Below, piece after piece: positions 63,844 through 64,000 of a stretch of DNA of 64,000 nucleotides. The position numbers were made by a program, and so were the translations under genes. Numbering within the stretch: position 1 is the stretch's first letter; every line of letters begins with the position of its first letter. Location of the stretch: the NCBI GenBank assembly GCA_035297365.1, contig DATGZA010000011.1:64001-128000 (forward strand), written 5' to 3'. The notes beneath the pieces are model-generated. The model searched no databases and was not told the origin of the DNA. It worked only from the letters and a program-made list of their open reading frames with translations. The stretch is from Nitrososphaeraceae archaeon (GTDB lineage: Archaea; Thermoproteota; Nitrososphaeria; Nitrososphaerales; Nitrososphaeraceae).

Positions 63844-64000
63844 ATGTTGTTTTATAATTTGACTAATAATATAAACAGAGATATTTTAGTAGATTCTACA
63901 AAGAAACTTAATCCTAAATACCTTGCAAAAAACAATCCCGTAATGTTTACTGTAGAATTAGGCTTTTTTATAGTATTATTTATTGCAATATTTCCTAACA
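63844..64000 (+). CDS. kdpB: Potassium-transporting ATPase subunit B, N-terminus (runs off the window; start uncertain)
   Basis: DSTKKLNPKYLAKNNPVMFTVE directly after kdpA. Confidence 0.85.
   Translation, partial: MLFYNLTNNINRDILVDSTKKLNPKYLAKNNPVMFTVELGFFIVLFIAIFPN

Overview
AT-rich, low-coding-density accessory region. The gene families point to a soil ammonia-oxidising archaeon (Nitrososphaeraceae-like); this is inferred, not verified. Cargo is mainly redox, detoxification, stress, transport and secreted proteins (NDH-2, nitroreductase, ChrB, LLM and PPOX oxidoreductases, ADHs, MFS, Hsp20, Tag, ferritin-like, cupredoxin, class III cyclases, kdpA/kdpB), mixed with many gene fragments. Main observation: about 21 copies of a degenerate intergenic site with core GGGCTCGGAGG, built on 23-bp palindromes GRRCCC-N11-GGGYYC, all on the same strand. 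They divide the window into blocks that often hold one or two genes. Different left arms are joined to different right arms at the core. The core resembles a reversed tRNA 3' end, and one copy lies 45 bp upstream of a decayed, possibly tyrosine-integrase N-terminus. This suggests an integron-like but non-attC gene-cassette array; no intact recombinase is present in the window. A second feature is a seven-member secreted protein family with a constant N-terminal module (KIKCVNSNINVNGIDI...NLVNICxNxN), a conserved upstream leader and unrelated C-terminal domains.
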